Of a stretch of 64,000 nt of DNA, positions 7,505 to 16,879 are shown piece after piece. The DNA is from Actinomycetota bacterium. GTDB lineage: Bacteria > Actinomycetota > Acidimicrobiia > IMCC26256 > PALSA-610. The position numbers were made by a program, and so were the translations under genes. Below the pieces are notes generated by a model. It saw nothing but the letters and a program-made list of their open reading frames with translations. It searched no databases and was not told where the DNA came from. The stretch is from positions 4,639 to 68,638 of the forward strand of contig JBQTGT010000010.1 in the NCBI GenBank assembly GCA_052390615.1, in the 5' to 3' direction. Numbering within the stretch: the stretch's first letter is position 1; each line of letters begins with the position of its first letter.

Positions 7505-9247
7505 ATGGCCCCGGAAGTGCACGCCGGCCCGCTCGCCGACCTTCAGCGCGACGGGCGCCTCCTGTTGAAGGTGGGCGACCTGCCGGTTGTCGTGTTCTGG
7601 CACGAGGGCACCGCGCTCGCGATCGAGGACCGGTGTCCGCACATGGGCTTTCCATTGCATCAAGGGACGGTGGAAGCGGGTCTCGTCACGTGCCATTGGC
7701 ACCACGCGCGATTCGACCTCGTGTCCGGCTGCACGCTTGATCTGTGGGCCGACGACGCGCGCGGCTTCGACACGGAGGTGCGCAACGGCGAGGTGTACGT
7801 CCGTGCGCGCCCCGAAGGCGATGTCGTCGCGCATCTGCAAAGACGGCTGCGGGAGGGGCTCGAGGAGAACGTCACGCTCGTAACCGCGAAGTCCGTGCTC
7901 GGGCTGCTCGCGGTCGGCGTGCCCGCCGGCGACATCGTCCGCACCGGCGTCGAGTTCGGGACGCGCTACCGCGATCAGGGATGGGGAGCCGGACTCACCA
8001 CGTTGGTCGCGATGGCCAACCTCCTTCCGCACCTCGACGAGGCGGACCGAGCCCTCGCGTTGGTGCACGGCCTCGCGTTCGTCGCCGGCGATACCGCCGG
8101 AAGGCCCCCGCGATTTCCCGTCGGTCGGCTCGCAACCGCCGACGTCCCATCCGATCGCCTCGCGCGCTGGTACCGGCGCTTCATCGACACCCGGTCGGCC
8201 GACGCCGCGGAACGCGTGCTCGAAACGGCGATCGAGGGCGACCACGACGCGGTCGAACGGATGATGTTTGCGGCGGTCACCGACCACGTGTTCATCGACG
8301 AGGGCCATACGATCGACTTCACGAACAAGGCCGTCGAGGCGCTCGCGCACGTCGGCGCCGACGCGGCGGCCGCGGTGCTGCCCACCGTCGTGCGCCAGAC
8401 GGCCGGCGCGCTGCGATCCGAGGAGGCGGGCGAATGGCGCCACCCGCACGACCTCGCGAGCCTATCGGCGCGCACGATCGCTGCGTTACCCGGCGCGTAC
8501 GCGCAGGGCGAGAACCGGCGGGGCGAGTTCACCGACGTCGCCAAGCTGGCGTGGCAGTTCCTCGAGGACGATCCGGACGCGGTGACGGCCGCACTCCTCG
8601 ACGCGCTGCGCAGCGGCGCCGACGCCGAACAGCTCGGCCGCGCCCTGACGTACGCGGCCGTGTTGCGAATCGCCCGGTTCCACATTCAGAACGACCACGC
8701 GGACTGGAACACGGTTCACCACTCGTTCACGAGCGCGCACGCGCTGCATCAGGCACTGCGGCGCAACCCCACTCCGGAACTCCTGCGAGGAGCCGTGCAC
8801 CAGGCGCTGCGGATCTACCTCGATCGGTTCCTCAACGTGCCGGCCGCCCGGCTGCCGACGCGCACGAGCGCCACGCTCGCCGAGCTCGCGCAATGCTTCG
8901 AACAACAGGGTGCCGTCGACGACGCCGGTGCCGCCGCGTACGGTTTCCTCCACGCCGGCGGTTCCCGCGCCCAGTTGCTCGCGGTACTGGGTCACGCCCT
9001 CATCGCCGAGGACGCCGGTTTCCACTGGTACCAGACGGTGGAAGCGGGCGTGGGTCACGCGCTCGCGTGGCCGGACGATTCCGAGGAGAGCGCGCTGACG
9101 CTCGTTGCAGTTGCGCGCTTCGTGGCGGCCCATACACCGACGCGTCGCGAACTCCCAACGATCGTCAGGATCGCGACCCGCTTACGCCGCGGCGAACCCC
9201 TCTACGCAGACGAGACCTACGAAGATCCGCCAATGTCGACGTCGTAG
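7505..9247 (+). CDS. Rieske [2Fe-2S] domain protein fused to a large uncharacterised C-terminal domain
   Basis: Rieske boxes CPHMGFPL and CHWHHARF lie in residues ~40-70, followed by ~470 aa of helical, His-rich sequence. A GGAGA Shine-Dalgarno precedes the ATG. Confidence 0.8.
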   Translation: MAPEVHAGPLADLQRDGRLLLKVGDLPVVVFWHEGTALAIEDRCPHMGFPLHQGTVEAGLVTCHWHHARFDLVSGCTLDLWADDARGFDTEVRNGEVYVRARPEGDVVAHLQRRLREGLEENVTLVTAKSVLGLLAVGVPAGDIVRTGVEFGTRYRDQGWGAGLTTLVAMANLLPHLDEADRALALVHGLAFVAGDTAGRPPRFPVGRLATADVPSDRLARWYRRFIDTRSADAAERVLETAIEGDHDAVERMMFAAVTDHVFIDEGHTIDFTNKAVEALAHVGADAAAAVLPTVVRQTAGALRSEEAGEWRHPHDLASLSARTIAALPGAYAQGENRRGEFTDVAKLAWQFLEDDPDAVTAALLDALRSGADAEQLGRALTYAAVLRIARFHIQNDHADWNTVHHSFTSAHALHQALRRNPTPELLRGAVHQALRIYLDRFLNVPAARLPTRTSATLAELAQCFEQQGAVDDAGAAAYGFLHAGGSRAQLLAVLGHALIAEDAGFHWYQTVEAGVGHALAWPDDSEESALTLVAVARFVAAHTPTRRELPTIVRIATRLRRGEPLYADETYEDPPMSTS

Positions 9248-9702
9248 GCCTCGTAGACCAGGTCGGCGCCACGCTGGCGGTGACGGGCGAGCGAGCACAA
9301 CAACCCGGTCAGCTCGACGCGCACGTCATTGGTCCAGTCGTCGTCGATCTGAACCCGCAGGAGCTGTTGTTCGACGCGCAGCAGCGTCGACAGGGTCTCA
9401 CCGTGCTCCTCGCGCAGGCGCGCGACCTGGTTTGACAGGCGCGGCGACTCCGCAAGGATGTCGTCCAGGAACGCGCCGGGTGCCTCGGTCTCCACGACGT
9501 GGCGCGTCCACACCTCCTGCAGCACCGACAGCGAAACGCGCACGCCTTGCGCCCACTCCCCAATGCGGCCCGGCGCCGGCGCCGCGATCGCGAGCTCGAG
9601 CCCGCTCATCGCCGACTTCAGGCCGGCCCGGCGCAGCCGCACCGACGTCATCTGGTCAGTGTCGTCGCGCGTCCGCAGGTCGAAACGACGGTAACGAGCC
9701 AT
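9217..9702 (-). CDS. Hypothetical protein (helical, 161 aa)
   Basis: GC3 is about 87% by hand count and the composition is balanced. Its 3' end overlaps the convergent Rieske gene by 31 nt. Confidence 0.65.
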   Translation of the reverse strand: MARYRRFDLRTRDDTDQMTSVRLRRAGLKSAMSGLELAIAAPAPGRIGEWAQGVRVSLSVLQEVWTRHVVETEAPGAFLDDILAESPRLSNQVARLREEHGETLSTLLRVEQQLLRVQIDDDWTNDVRVELTGLLCSLARHRQRGADLVYEAYDVDIGGSS

Positions 9703-9758
9703 CGAGCACCTCGTTTTCGGGCCGGTCCCTCGACGGTACCGGGCGCGCGGGTTTCTCG

Positions 9759-10739
9759 CTAGAGGGGCGGAGTGCGCAGTTCGGGCAGGACGCGCGTTGC
9801 AAACAGCTCCAGGCTGGCCCAGGCCAGGTCGGGAGGCAGGCCGCCGGCCAGCGGATGGAAGTTGAGCGCCGCGGCGGGCGGGAGCTCACGCGCCCGGGCG
9901 AGGATCTCGGCCGGCGTGCCCACCCACAACTGATCGGCTCGCTTCAGGTCCGCAACCGACTCGGCGTCCACCCGGGGGGTGGAGTGCTGTCCGGGGGTCT
10001 GGAAGGACGCGTATGTCTGGGTTTCGTAGAGCAGGAAGGGCGCGATCTCGTTCCACGCCTGGTCGGGATCGTCGGTGACGTGCAGGAACGTCGGGCCCTG
10101 CGGGTTCATCACGAACCCGCCGGTGAAGCCGATCTTCGCGGCTTCGTCGTGGTACGCGACAACGAGCGCGGCGTCGGAGTTCATCGGCAGCATTGGGAGC
10201 CGCAGTCGCGCCGCGCGGCGCGCCGCGGCGGGCACCCCCCCGCCGACGAGTACCGTCGGGTGCGGTTGCGACGCGGGTCGCGGCGTGACCCGCACGGTCC
10301 GGCCCTGGAACTCGAACGGCTCGCCGGTCCACGCGCGCAGCAACACGGCGACGAACTCCTCGAGGATCGGGCCGCGACGCGCGTGCTCGACACCGGCCAT
10401 CGCGAACTCGTGCTCGCGGTAGCCCGCGCCGAACACAGTCCAGAGCCGCCCCGGGAAGGCGTTGTCGATCACTGCGATCTGCTCGGCGATGCGGACGGGG
10501 TCGTGCAACGGGAGTATCGACGCCGACAGCAGTACCGGCGCGCGCGTCGTCGCCGCGAGCAGGATGCCGGCGATGGTCAGCGGAGACGGCATCCATCCGT
10601 CGTCGATGCCGTGATGCTCGGACAGCACCATGAAATCGAAGCCATGCGTGTCGGCCCAACGCATCTGTTCGATGGCCGCCGCGTAGACCTCGGCGGTCGA
10701 CGCGGGACCGAACGCCGGTGCGCGGAAATCCTGGCGCAT
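9759..10739 (-). CDS. LLM class flavin-dependent oxidoreductase
   Basis: The translation from MRQDFRAPAFG... (FDFMVLSEHHG, ILPLHDPVRIAEQIAVID) is typical of luciferase-like monooxygenases. Start ATG at 10737-10739. Confidence 0.8.
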   Translation of the reverse strand: MRQDFRAPAFGPASTAEVYAAAIEQMRWADTHGFDFMVLSEHHGIDDGWMPSPLTIAGILLAATTRAPVLLSASILPLHDPVRIAEQIAVIDNAFPGRLWTVFGAGYREHEFAMAGVEHARRGPILEEFVAVLLRAWTGEPFEFQGRTVRVTPRPASQPHPTVLVGGGVPAAARRAARLRLPMLPMNSDAALVVAYHDEAAKIGFTGGFVMNPQGPTFLHVTDDPDQAWNEIAPFLLYETQTYASFQTPGQHSTPRVDAESVADLKRADQLWVGTPAEILARARELPPAAALNFHPLAGGLPPDLAWASLELFATRVLPELRTPPL

Positions 10740-10764
10740 GGTCAGCAGGGGCACGGCAACTCCT

Positions 10765-11736
10765 CTACGGCGCTGGTCGGCGCTCGAGGTGCGGGCCGAC
10801 CTCGGCGCCGAACGCCGCAATCTGGTCGCACAGCTCCGCCGCGGATCGGCTCGCGAACCGGAGCTGGAGATGGCTGACTCCAATGACGCCCAACTCGTTG
10901 AACGAGTCGACGAGGCGCTGCGACGAACCGGACACGGAGTAGCGCGGCATGTCCCACACGGGCTCGCCGACGTACACGTACTCGGTGATGTACCCGATCT
11001 CGAGGTTTGCGTTCGGGCGCACGGCCTCGCGGTGGCGCGTGATGTACGCGATGTCGTCGGGGAGCTGCGCACGCGGTGTTCCCTGCGGGATCCAACCGTC
11101 GCCGCGTGTTGCGACGCGGCGCAGCGCCGGCTTGCCCGATCCGCCGATCCAGATCGGCGGACGCGGCTGCTGTACCGGACGCGGCCGTTGACCGACGTCC
11201 GAAAACTTCCACCGCGCGCCCGCGTGCTGCGGCCACTCGTCGGTCAGCGCCCGGGTGATGGCGTCGATGGCCTCGTCGGTGATGCGGCCCCGTTCGCGGA
11301 ACGGGACGTCGAGCGCGTCGAACTCGCCTTCGACGTGACCGACACCGACGCCAAGGATCACGCGGCCACCCGACAGCGCGTCGAGCGTCGCGAACGCCTT
11401 GGCGGTTTGGAGTGGGTGCTGGTAGCCGACGACGTACACGTTGGTCATCAGCCGCGTGCGGGTCGTGTGCGCCGCGAGATAGGCGAGGGTCGGGAGCGGG
11501 TCGAACCACTGCGTGCTCATCATCTCGGCCGATTCGCGTGGTATCGCGACGTGGTGGCACACCGCGACATACAGGAACGACGCGTCGTCACACGCTTGTG
11601 CGACGCCGACCATGTCGTCGATGGTGGCGTCGTCGCGCTCCCACGGCGCCGAGGTTCGTACTGACAGCGCCTGAACGGGGAGCTGCAGCCCGTATGCGAG
11701 GACGCCGTCGGGAATGATCGAGACCGTGTCGGCCAT
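10765..11736 (-). CDS. LLM class F420-dependent oxidoreductase
   Basis: Contains LATLDALSGGRVILGVGVGH, IWIGGSGKPALRRVATRGDGWIP and a C-terminal EVGPHL, matching the luciferase-like TIM-barrel family. Confidence 0.8.
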   Translation of the reverse strand: MADTVSIIPDGVLAYGLQLPVQALSVRTSAPWERDDATIDDMVGVAQACDDASFLYVAVCHHVAIPRESAEMMSTQWFDPLPTLAYLAAHTTRTRLMTNVYVVGYQHPLQTAKAFATLDALSGGRVILGVGVGHVEGEFDALDVPFRERGRITDEAIDAITRALTDEWPQHAGARWKFSDVGQRPRPVQQPRPPIWIGGSGKPALRRVATRGDGWIPQGTPRAQLPDDIAYITRHREAVRPNANLEIGYITEYVYVGEPVWDMPRYSVSGSSQRLVDSFNELGVIGVSHLQLRFASRSAAELCDQIAAFGAEVGPHLERRPAP

Positions 11737-11744
11737 GAGCGCTG

Positions 11745-13205
11745 CTAGCCCGGCCAGACGACCGACTGCATTTCGGTGTACGCGTGCAGCCCGAATACGC
11801 CGCCGTCGCGTCCGACACCGCTGTACTTCATGCCGCCGAACGGCGCGTAGTGATTGCGCTGGGTCGTGTTGATGCCGACGTTCCCGGCGCGGAGGCGACT
11901 GCTCACACGAAAAGCACGGTTCGTGTCGGAACTGAACACGTAGTCGTAGAGGCCGAAGTCGGTGCTGTTGGCGATTGCGACGCCTTCGTCCTCGTCGTCG
12001 AACGGTATCGCGATGATCACCGGACCGAATATCTCTTCCTGTGCGACCTTCATCTGCGCGTCGCAGCCGGCGATCAAGGTCGGGGCGACATAGAACCCGC
12101 GGTCGGGCTTCTCCGGTCGTTCGCCGCCGGCGCGCACGTCACCGCCTTCGGTGCGTCCGGCCTCCACGAAGCCTTCGATGCGGTCGCGGTGCGCGGCGGT
12201 GATCACCGGCCCCACGACCGTATCGGGCGCGAATGGGTCGCCGACCTTCAGCACGTTCGCCATCTTGGCGAGGCCCTGCACGATCGGCTCGTACAGCTTG
12301 CGTTGGATGATCGCGCGCGTCGGTGCGGTGCAGATCTGGCCACTGTGGAACGTCCACACCGATCCGATCATCGTGACCGCGGTCTTCACGTCGGCGTCGT
12401 CGAACACGAGCGCCGCGCCCTTGCCGCCGAGCTCCAGCAGCATCCGCTTCATCGTGCGGCCGCCGGTTTCGGCGATGCGCAGGCCGACCCCGGTCGATCC
12501 GGTGAACGAGATCATGTCGACGTCACGACTCTCGACCAGCGCCTCCCCGGTGGCGGGCGTCGACCCGGTGACGACGTTGACGACCCCGTCGGGGAAGCCG
12601 ACCTCGTGCATGATTCGCACGAGCTCGATCACAGCGAGCGGATTCTGTGACGCGGGCCGCACGACGACCGTGTTGCCCATCGCCAGCGCGGGACCGAGCT
12701 TGCCGGCCATGTTCACGATGGGGAAGTTGTACGGCGTGATACACGCGACGACACCAACCGGAGCGCGCCGCACGAGCGCGCCCATGAGTCCCCCGGGCGC
12801 GAGCGCGGTACCGGGCATCTCCTGCGGCGGGAGCGGAATCGTGGCGTGTGGTTCCCGCGCCAGCTGCGCGTAGGTCTCGAAGCGTGTCCACGCCGTGGGG
12901 ACCTGCATCTGTTTGCCGACGGTCGCGGTACAGCCGGTCTCGGCGATGACGAGTGGCAGAAGGTCCTCGAACCTGGCTTTGATCGCATCGGCTGTCTTGT
13001 CGAGCAGCGCCGCGCGTTCGGCCGGTGTCGTCTGCGACCATGAGCCGAACGCGGCGCGCGCGGCGCGCGCCGCGTCATGGGCCTGGGCGGCCGACGCTTC
13101 GGGCGCGGCGTCGACGACCTCTTCGGTCGCGGGGTTCACGACGTCGTAGCCGCCGTTCGCGCCGTCGACCCACTCCCCGCCGATCAAGAGCTGCCGCGCC
13201 TTCAT
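11745..13205 (-). CDS. Aldehyde dehydrogenase family protein
   Basis: Contains ELGGKGAALV (catalytic Glu), HSGQICTAPTR (catalytic Cys) and FGGMKYSGVGRDGG. Confidence 0.9.
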   Translation of the reverse strand: MKARQLLIGGEWVDGANGGYDVVNPATEEVVDAAPEASAAQAHDAARAARAAFGSWSQTTPAERAALLDKTADAIKARFEDLLPLVIAETGCTATVGKQMQVPTAWTRFETYAQLAREPHATIPLPPQEMPGTALAPGGLMGALVRRAPVGVVACITPYNFPIVNMAGKLGPALAMGNTVVVRPASQNPLAVIELVRIMHEVGFPDGVVNVVTGSTPATGEALVESRDVDMISFTGSTGVGLRIAETGGRTMKRMLLELGGKGAALVFDDADVKTAVTMIGSVWTFHSGQICTAPTRAIIQRKLYEPIVQGLAKMANVLKVGDPFAPDTVVGPVITAAHRDRIEGFVEAGRTEGGDVRAGGERPEKPDRGFYVAPTLIAGCDAQMKVAQEEIFGPVIIAIPFDDEDEGVAIANSTDFGLYDYVFSSDTNRAFRVSSRLRAGNVGINTTQRNHYAPFGGMKYSGVGRDGGVFGLHAYTEMQSVVWPG

Positions 13206-13426
13206 GACGACGAAGTGTAACGCGTTCTATTTTCGCTCGACCAGCGCAGTCATTGCTCCAGATGCAACCGTCGAGCACATCACCATGTCATTGACCAGCG
13301 CGTGCGGCGCGCGTTACGAATCCGACGCTCCTCACGCTCATGCCAGCTGCGTGGCCGCGACTCAAGCAGATCAAGGCCTTGCTTCGTCGCGAACTCAGGC
13401 GGGCACGGTGAGCCGGACCGAGTTGG

Positions 13427-14638
13427 CTACGCGGGGAGGTCGAGCGACAACATCCTGATCGCGTTGCCGCGACAAACCTTGTCGACCGTCTCTTGGTCGA
13501 GATCCTTCATGATCTCTTCGGCGATCTTCTTGGTGTGCGGCCAGGTCGAGTCGCTGTGCGGGTAATCGGTTTCGAAGGTGACGTTGTCGCGCCCCACCGC
13601 ATCGATGTTCTTGAGGCCATGCGGGTCGTCGAAGAAGCAACCGTACACGTGCTCGAAGTAGTACTCCGACGGTCGACGCTTTACCCTGTCGGCGACACCG
13701 CCCCAGCCGCGGTTGTCCTCCCACACCTTGTCGGCGCGTTCGAGCACGTAGGGGATCCAGCCGATCTGGCCCTCGCTGTACGCGACCTTCAGGCGCGGGA
13801 ACCGTTCGAACACACCCGACATCAGCCAGTCGGTGAGCGACATCGCCGCGTTCATGTACGTCAGGGTCGAACCGACCGCGGGCGGCGCGTCCGCGGATGT
13901 CGACGGCATCTTCGACGACGATCCGATGTGCATGTTCACGACGGTGTCCGTCTCTTCACACGCGGCGAGGAACGGATCCCAATAGCCGTCCGCGTCGTGG
14001 ATCGACGGGAATCCGAGGAATGGTGGGATTTCCGAGAACGTGACCGCGTGGCACCCTCGCGCCGCGTTGCGCCGAACCTCACCCGCGGCCAGCTTCGCAT
14101 CCCAGAGTTGGACGATGATCAGCGGGATCAGCCGACCACTCGAACCCGCGCACCACTCGTCGATCATCCAGTCGTTGTACGCCTTGACGCACAGGTCGCC
14201 GAGCGACTTGTCCGCGCGCTCAGCGAACGTCTGACCGCAAAAGCGCGGGAAGCTCGGGAAGGCGAGCGACGCTTCGACGTGGTTCACGTCCATGTCCTCG
14301 AGGCGTTCCCTCTGCTTCCAGCACCCCGGGCGCATGGCGTCCATCGTGATCGGACTGACGGTGATCTCGCTGCGCGGGTAGCCCGCGGCCGCTGACAGTC
14401 GCGTCAACGGCGACGCCAGATCCTCGACCAGCCACCAGTCGCAGTAGGTGCCATCCTCGTTCGGGCCCGCCTGCTCGTACGAGAAGATGCCGCCGACGAA
14501 GGTCATCGACTTGATCTTGCGGCGCTCGATCCGCGGCCCGGTCGCCTTGAACTTCTGGGGCAGGCGGTCTTGCCACACGTTCGGCGGCTCGATGACGTGG
14601 TCGTCAACCGACACGATCCTCGGGATCACAGGCGCCAT
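13427..14638 (-). CDS. Amidohydrolase-2 (ACMSD/decarboxylase-like) family protein
   Basis: VSVDDHVIEP at the N-terminus and TFETDYPHSDSTWP near the C-terminus are typical of metal-dependent amidohydrolase_2 enzymes. Confidence 0.8.
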   Translation of the reverse strand: MAPVIPRIVSVDDHVIEPPNVWQDRLPQKFKATGPRIERRKIKSMTFVGGIFSYEQAGPNEDGTYCDWWLVEDLASPLTRLSAAAGYPRSEITVSPITMDAMRPGCWKQRERLEDMDVNHVEASLAFPSFPRFCGQTFAERADKSLGDLCVKAYNDWMIDEWCAGSSGRLIPLIIVQLWDAKLAAGEVRRNAARGCHAVTFSEIPPFLGFPSIHDADGYWDPFLAACEETDTVVNMHIGSSSKMPSTSADAPPAVGSTLTYMNAAMSLTDWLMSGVFERFPRLKVAYSEGQIGWIPYVLERADKVWEDNRGWGGVADRVKRRPSEYYFEHVYGCFFDDPHGLKNIDAVGRDNVTFETDYPHSDSTWPHTKKIAEEIMKDLDQETVDKVCRGNAIRMLSLDLPA

Positions 14639-14730
14639 CCGAAAAAGTGTATCCGACCCCGCAATTCCTCAGGCTTTCCTCACTCTCCGCGGAACTCCGG
14701 CCGATCAGAAGGGGAGAAGAGGGGAATGTC

Positions 14731-15456
14731 ATGCCCGAACTCGAGCAACCCGAGACCGGAATGCGCGTCACCGCATGGGAGCATGCGCTCGCCTACCTGC
14801 AACACCTCGCCGACAACGACGTCGTCGCGGCAACTGACATCCTCGACCGCGCCATCGACGCCGAGGGCATCGGCGCCATGAACGATGCACTGAGCGACGC
14901 GTGCCGAGCACTCATGGACCGAGTGACCTTCGCCGCCGGCACGATCGACGTCCATACAGTCGTCGACCGGATCGCGACTCGCGTTGTCAGCGTCAGTCAC
15001 GACGACGACCGCAACGCGATCGACCGTCAGCGCTCGCTCGTCGTGTTCCTCGGGAGCGAAGGATTGCCGTGCGCGGCGCGCGCCGACGTCGCGACGTGGT
15101 CGCCGATCGCGCGGCTCCGTGCAACCGTCGCCTGCACGATCGGCTTGCTCGGCATCGTGGCCGAGGACGACGCCGTTGAGATCACCGAAGTCGTGGCCGC
15201 GCTCGAGCCGCCGCCGACTCCCGAGCCGGCGCGCGGCACCTTCGGGCTCGCGTGGCGCGGACCCGACGTCGACGGGAATGGGTCGCGCGCGGAACCGTTC
15301 GCCGGCGTGGTGCCCCGCGGTTACACAGCCCACATCACGTTCCTCGGCGCGGGCACGTGCTCGCTCCGGTCGATCTTCGCGCGCGTCGCCTCCCTTCGCG
15401 ACGCTCGCGCGCTCAGCGCGCTGCCCAAGCTCGAAGCAGCTCCGCCGTCGACGTGA
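14731..15456 (+). CDS. Hypothetical acidic protein
   Basis: The ATG at 14731 is preceded by GAAGAGGGGA. The composition is Asp/Glu-rich rather than shadow-like. Its 3' end overlaps the convergent hydrolase gene by 44 nt, so the stop region is uncertain. Confidence 0.5.
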   Translation: MPELEQPETGMRVTAWEHALAYLQHLADNDVVAATDILDRAIDAEGIGAMNDALSDACRALMDRVTFAAGTIDVHTVVDRIATRVVSVSHDDDRNAIDRQRSLVVFLGSEGLPCAARADVATWSPIARLRATVACTIGLLGIVAEDDAVEITEVVAALEPPPTPEPARGTFGLAWRGPDVDGNGSRAEPFAGVVPRGYTAHITFLGAGTCSLRSIFARVASLRDARALSALPKLEAAPPST

Positions 15457-16039
15457 GCGTCGCGACGAGCGCGAGCGAGTTGTCGAGCACTGCCGCGGCG
15501 TAGTCGGCCGGCACGCCGGCGACGGCGTCGCGCGGCATGACCATCTGGTAGCCGAGGTTCACGGCGTCGAATGCGAAGTTTGCCATGCCGACGTTCAGCG
15601 ACACGCCCGCACCGACGATCGTCGTCACGCCGAGGTTCCGCAGCATCGGGTCGAGCTGCGTTCCGGCCATCGGCCCGAGACCCTGATAGCGCGCGAGCAC
15701 GACGTCCTCGGGCGCGACGCCGATCTCGTCGGGCACCTGCACCGCGGCGCTCCCCGGCGACAAGCGAACGGCTGCCTTCCGGACACCGGCGAACAGGCGC
15801 GCGTTCCGATTGGCACCGCGTCCGTCGTCGCGGGTCTCGGCGATGCAGTGCACGACCGTGATTCGCGCCACGCGCGCGGCGGCGGCCAGTCGCGCGCAGT
15901 TCGAGATCAAGCCGGTTGCCGCGGCCGCCTTGGCGAGTGCGGGAAGCGCAGACGGCGAACCGACCACACCGTTCTGCACTTCTTGCAATACGAGTGCGGT
16001 GTGCGCGGGCGCGGCCAGTGTCGCGAGGTCGATCGGCAT
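15413..16039 (-). CDS. Cysteine hydrolase / isochorismatase family protein
   Basis: Contains ALVLQEVQNG, ITVVHC and TTIVGAGVSLNVGMANFAFDAVNLGYQ, a family-typical layout. Confidence 0.8.
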   Translation of the reverse strand: MPIDLATLAAPAHTALVLQEVQNGVVGSPSALPALAKAAAATGLISNCARLAAAARVARITVVHCIAETRDDGRGANRNARLFAGVRKAAVRLSPGSAAVQVPDEIGVAPEDVVLARYQGLGPMAGTQLDPMLRNLGVTTIVGAGVSLNVGMANFAFDAVNLGYQMVMPRDAVAGVPADYAAAVLDNSLALVATLTSTAELLRAWAAR

Positions 16040-16052
16040 GGCGCTCCAAACG

Positions 16053-16559
16053 CTACAGGCGTCGGATCACGTCGTGGAGGAGCTCGGCGATTTTCGCCGC
16101 GCACGCGACGAACACCTCGAGGTCGCCACCGGCGGGGTCGTAGACATCCTCGTCGGGTTCGAGCATCACCTCGTGCAGCCGCATCGTCGCCAGACGCTCC
16201 CACAGCGGGGCCGGACCCGGTACGAGATCGCGCGCGAGCCGTTTCAGCGTTGCGGTCCTGGGCGCTGCGCTCGGATGGGTGCGCCGCATCCACGCGACAT
16301 GTTCGCGCGCCAGCGCGATCACGAGGTCGGCGGTGTCGAGCTCGTGCGCGGCCGCCTGGCGACTCCGGTGATCGGGCACCGGCAATCCCAGCGCCGCGAT
16401 CGCATCACGGGTGCGCCAGCTCATCGGCATACCCTCGATCACGTGCGTCCCGGAGGTGGTGACGCGCAATCCAGGGACACGCTCGCGCAGGATCGCACCC
16501 GCCATCACGGAGCGAGCCGCGTTGCCGGTACACAGGGTGACGACATGAAGATCGGGCAT
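16053..16559 (-). CDS. Low-molecular-weight phosphotyrosine phosphatase / ArsC-like
   Basis: N-terminal CX5R(S) P-loop VVTLCTGNAARSVMA and a downstream DP general-acid motif (VYDPAGG). Confidence 0.85.
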   Translation of the reverse strand: MPDLHVVTLCTGNAARSVMAGAILRERVPGLRVTTSGTHVIEGMPMSWRTRDAIAALGLPVPDHRSRQAAAHELDTADLVIALAREHVAWMRRTHPSAAPRTATLKRLARDLVPGPAPLWERLATMRLHEVMLEPDEDVYDPAGGDLEVFVACAAKIAELLHDVIRRL

Positions 16560-16837
16560 CGACGTCGCAGACTATGGAACCAGCGCGCGCGCCGCCACGC
16601 TGTCGCCTGCTGGATCGCGACCGACGCGGCGAGAGCGTCAGCGGTTGACGCGAACGCGACCATCAACCCGTCACCCTGGTTCTTGACCTCGCGACCGCGA
16701 TGCTGCGTCAGCGCATCGCGCCAGCCCGCGAAACACGCGCGCCGCAACTGGTCAGCGTCGTCGTCACCCAGACGCGCCCGCAGCGCGGTCGACTCGACCA
16801 GGTCGCAGAACAAGACCGTCACGGTGGCGGACCCCAC
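16505..16837 (-). pseudogene. Truncated class III adenylate/guanylate cyclase domain (N-terminal half only)
   Basis: [23 protein letters not shown]...[16 protein letters not shown]...ASVAIQQA has coding-like GC3 of about 85%. The domain then stops: there is no RIGxHxG or VNxAAR half, and the frame runs into the phosphatase start (16559). It fills the gap between the phosphatase gene and gpmA. Confidence 0.45.
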
Positions 16838-16879
16838 GAAACGCCAGCGTACGGCGGGCACGCGGGGCAGAATGGCTGC

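Noticed and set aside
6851-8449. A 532-aa minus-strand ORF antisense to the Rieske-fusion gene and overlapping the regulator.
   Set aside because: The sequence is low-complexity and Arg-rich, while the plus strand has canonical Rieske motifs. Treated as a high-GC antisense artefact.
9217-9247. Convergent 3'-end overlaps of gene pairs: 31 nt here, 44 nt at 15413-15456 and 11 nt at 48873-48883.
   Set aside because: Short convergent overlaps are common in compact high-GC genomes, and some may reflect uncertain stop regions. There is no specific evidence for antisense regulation.
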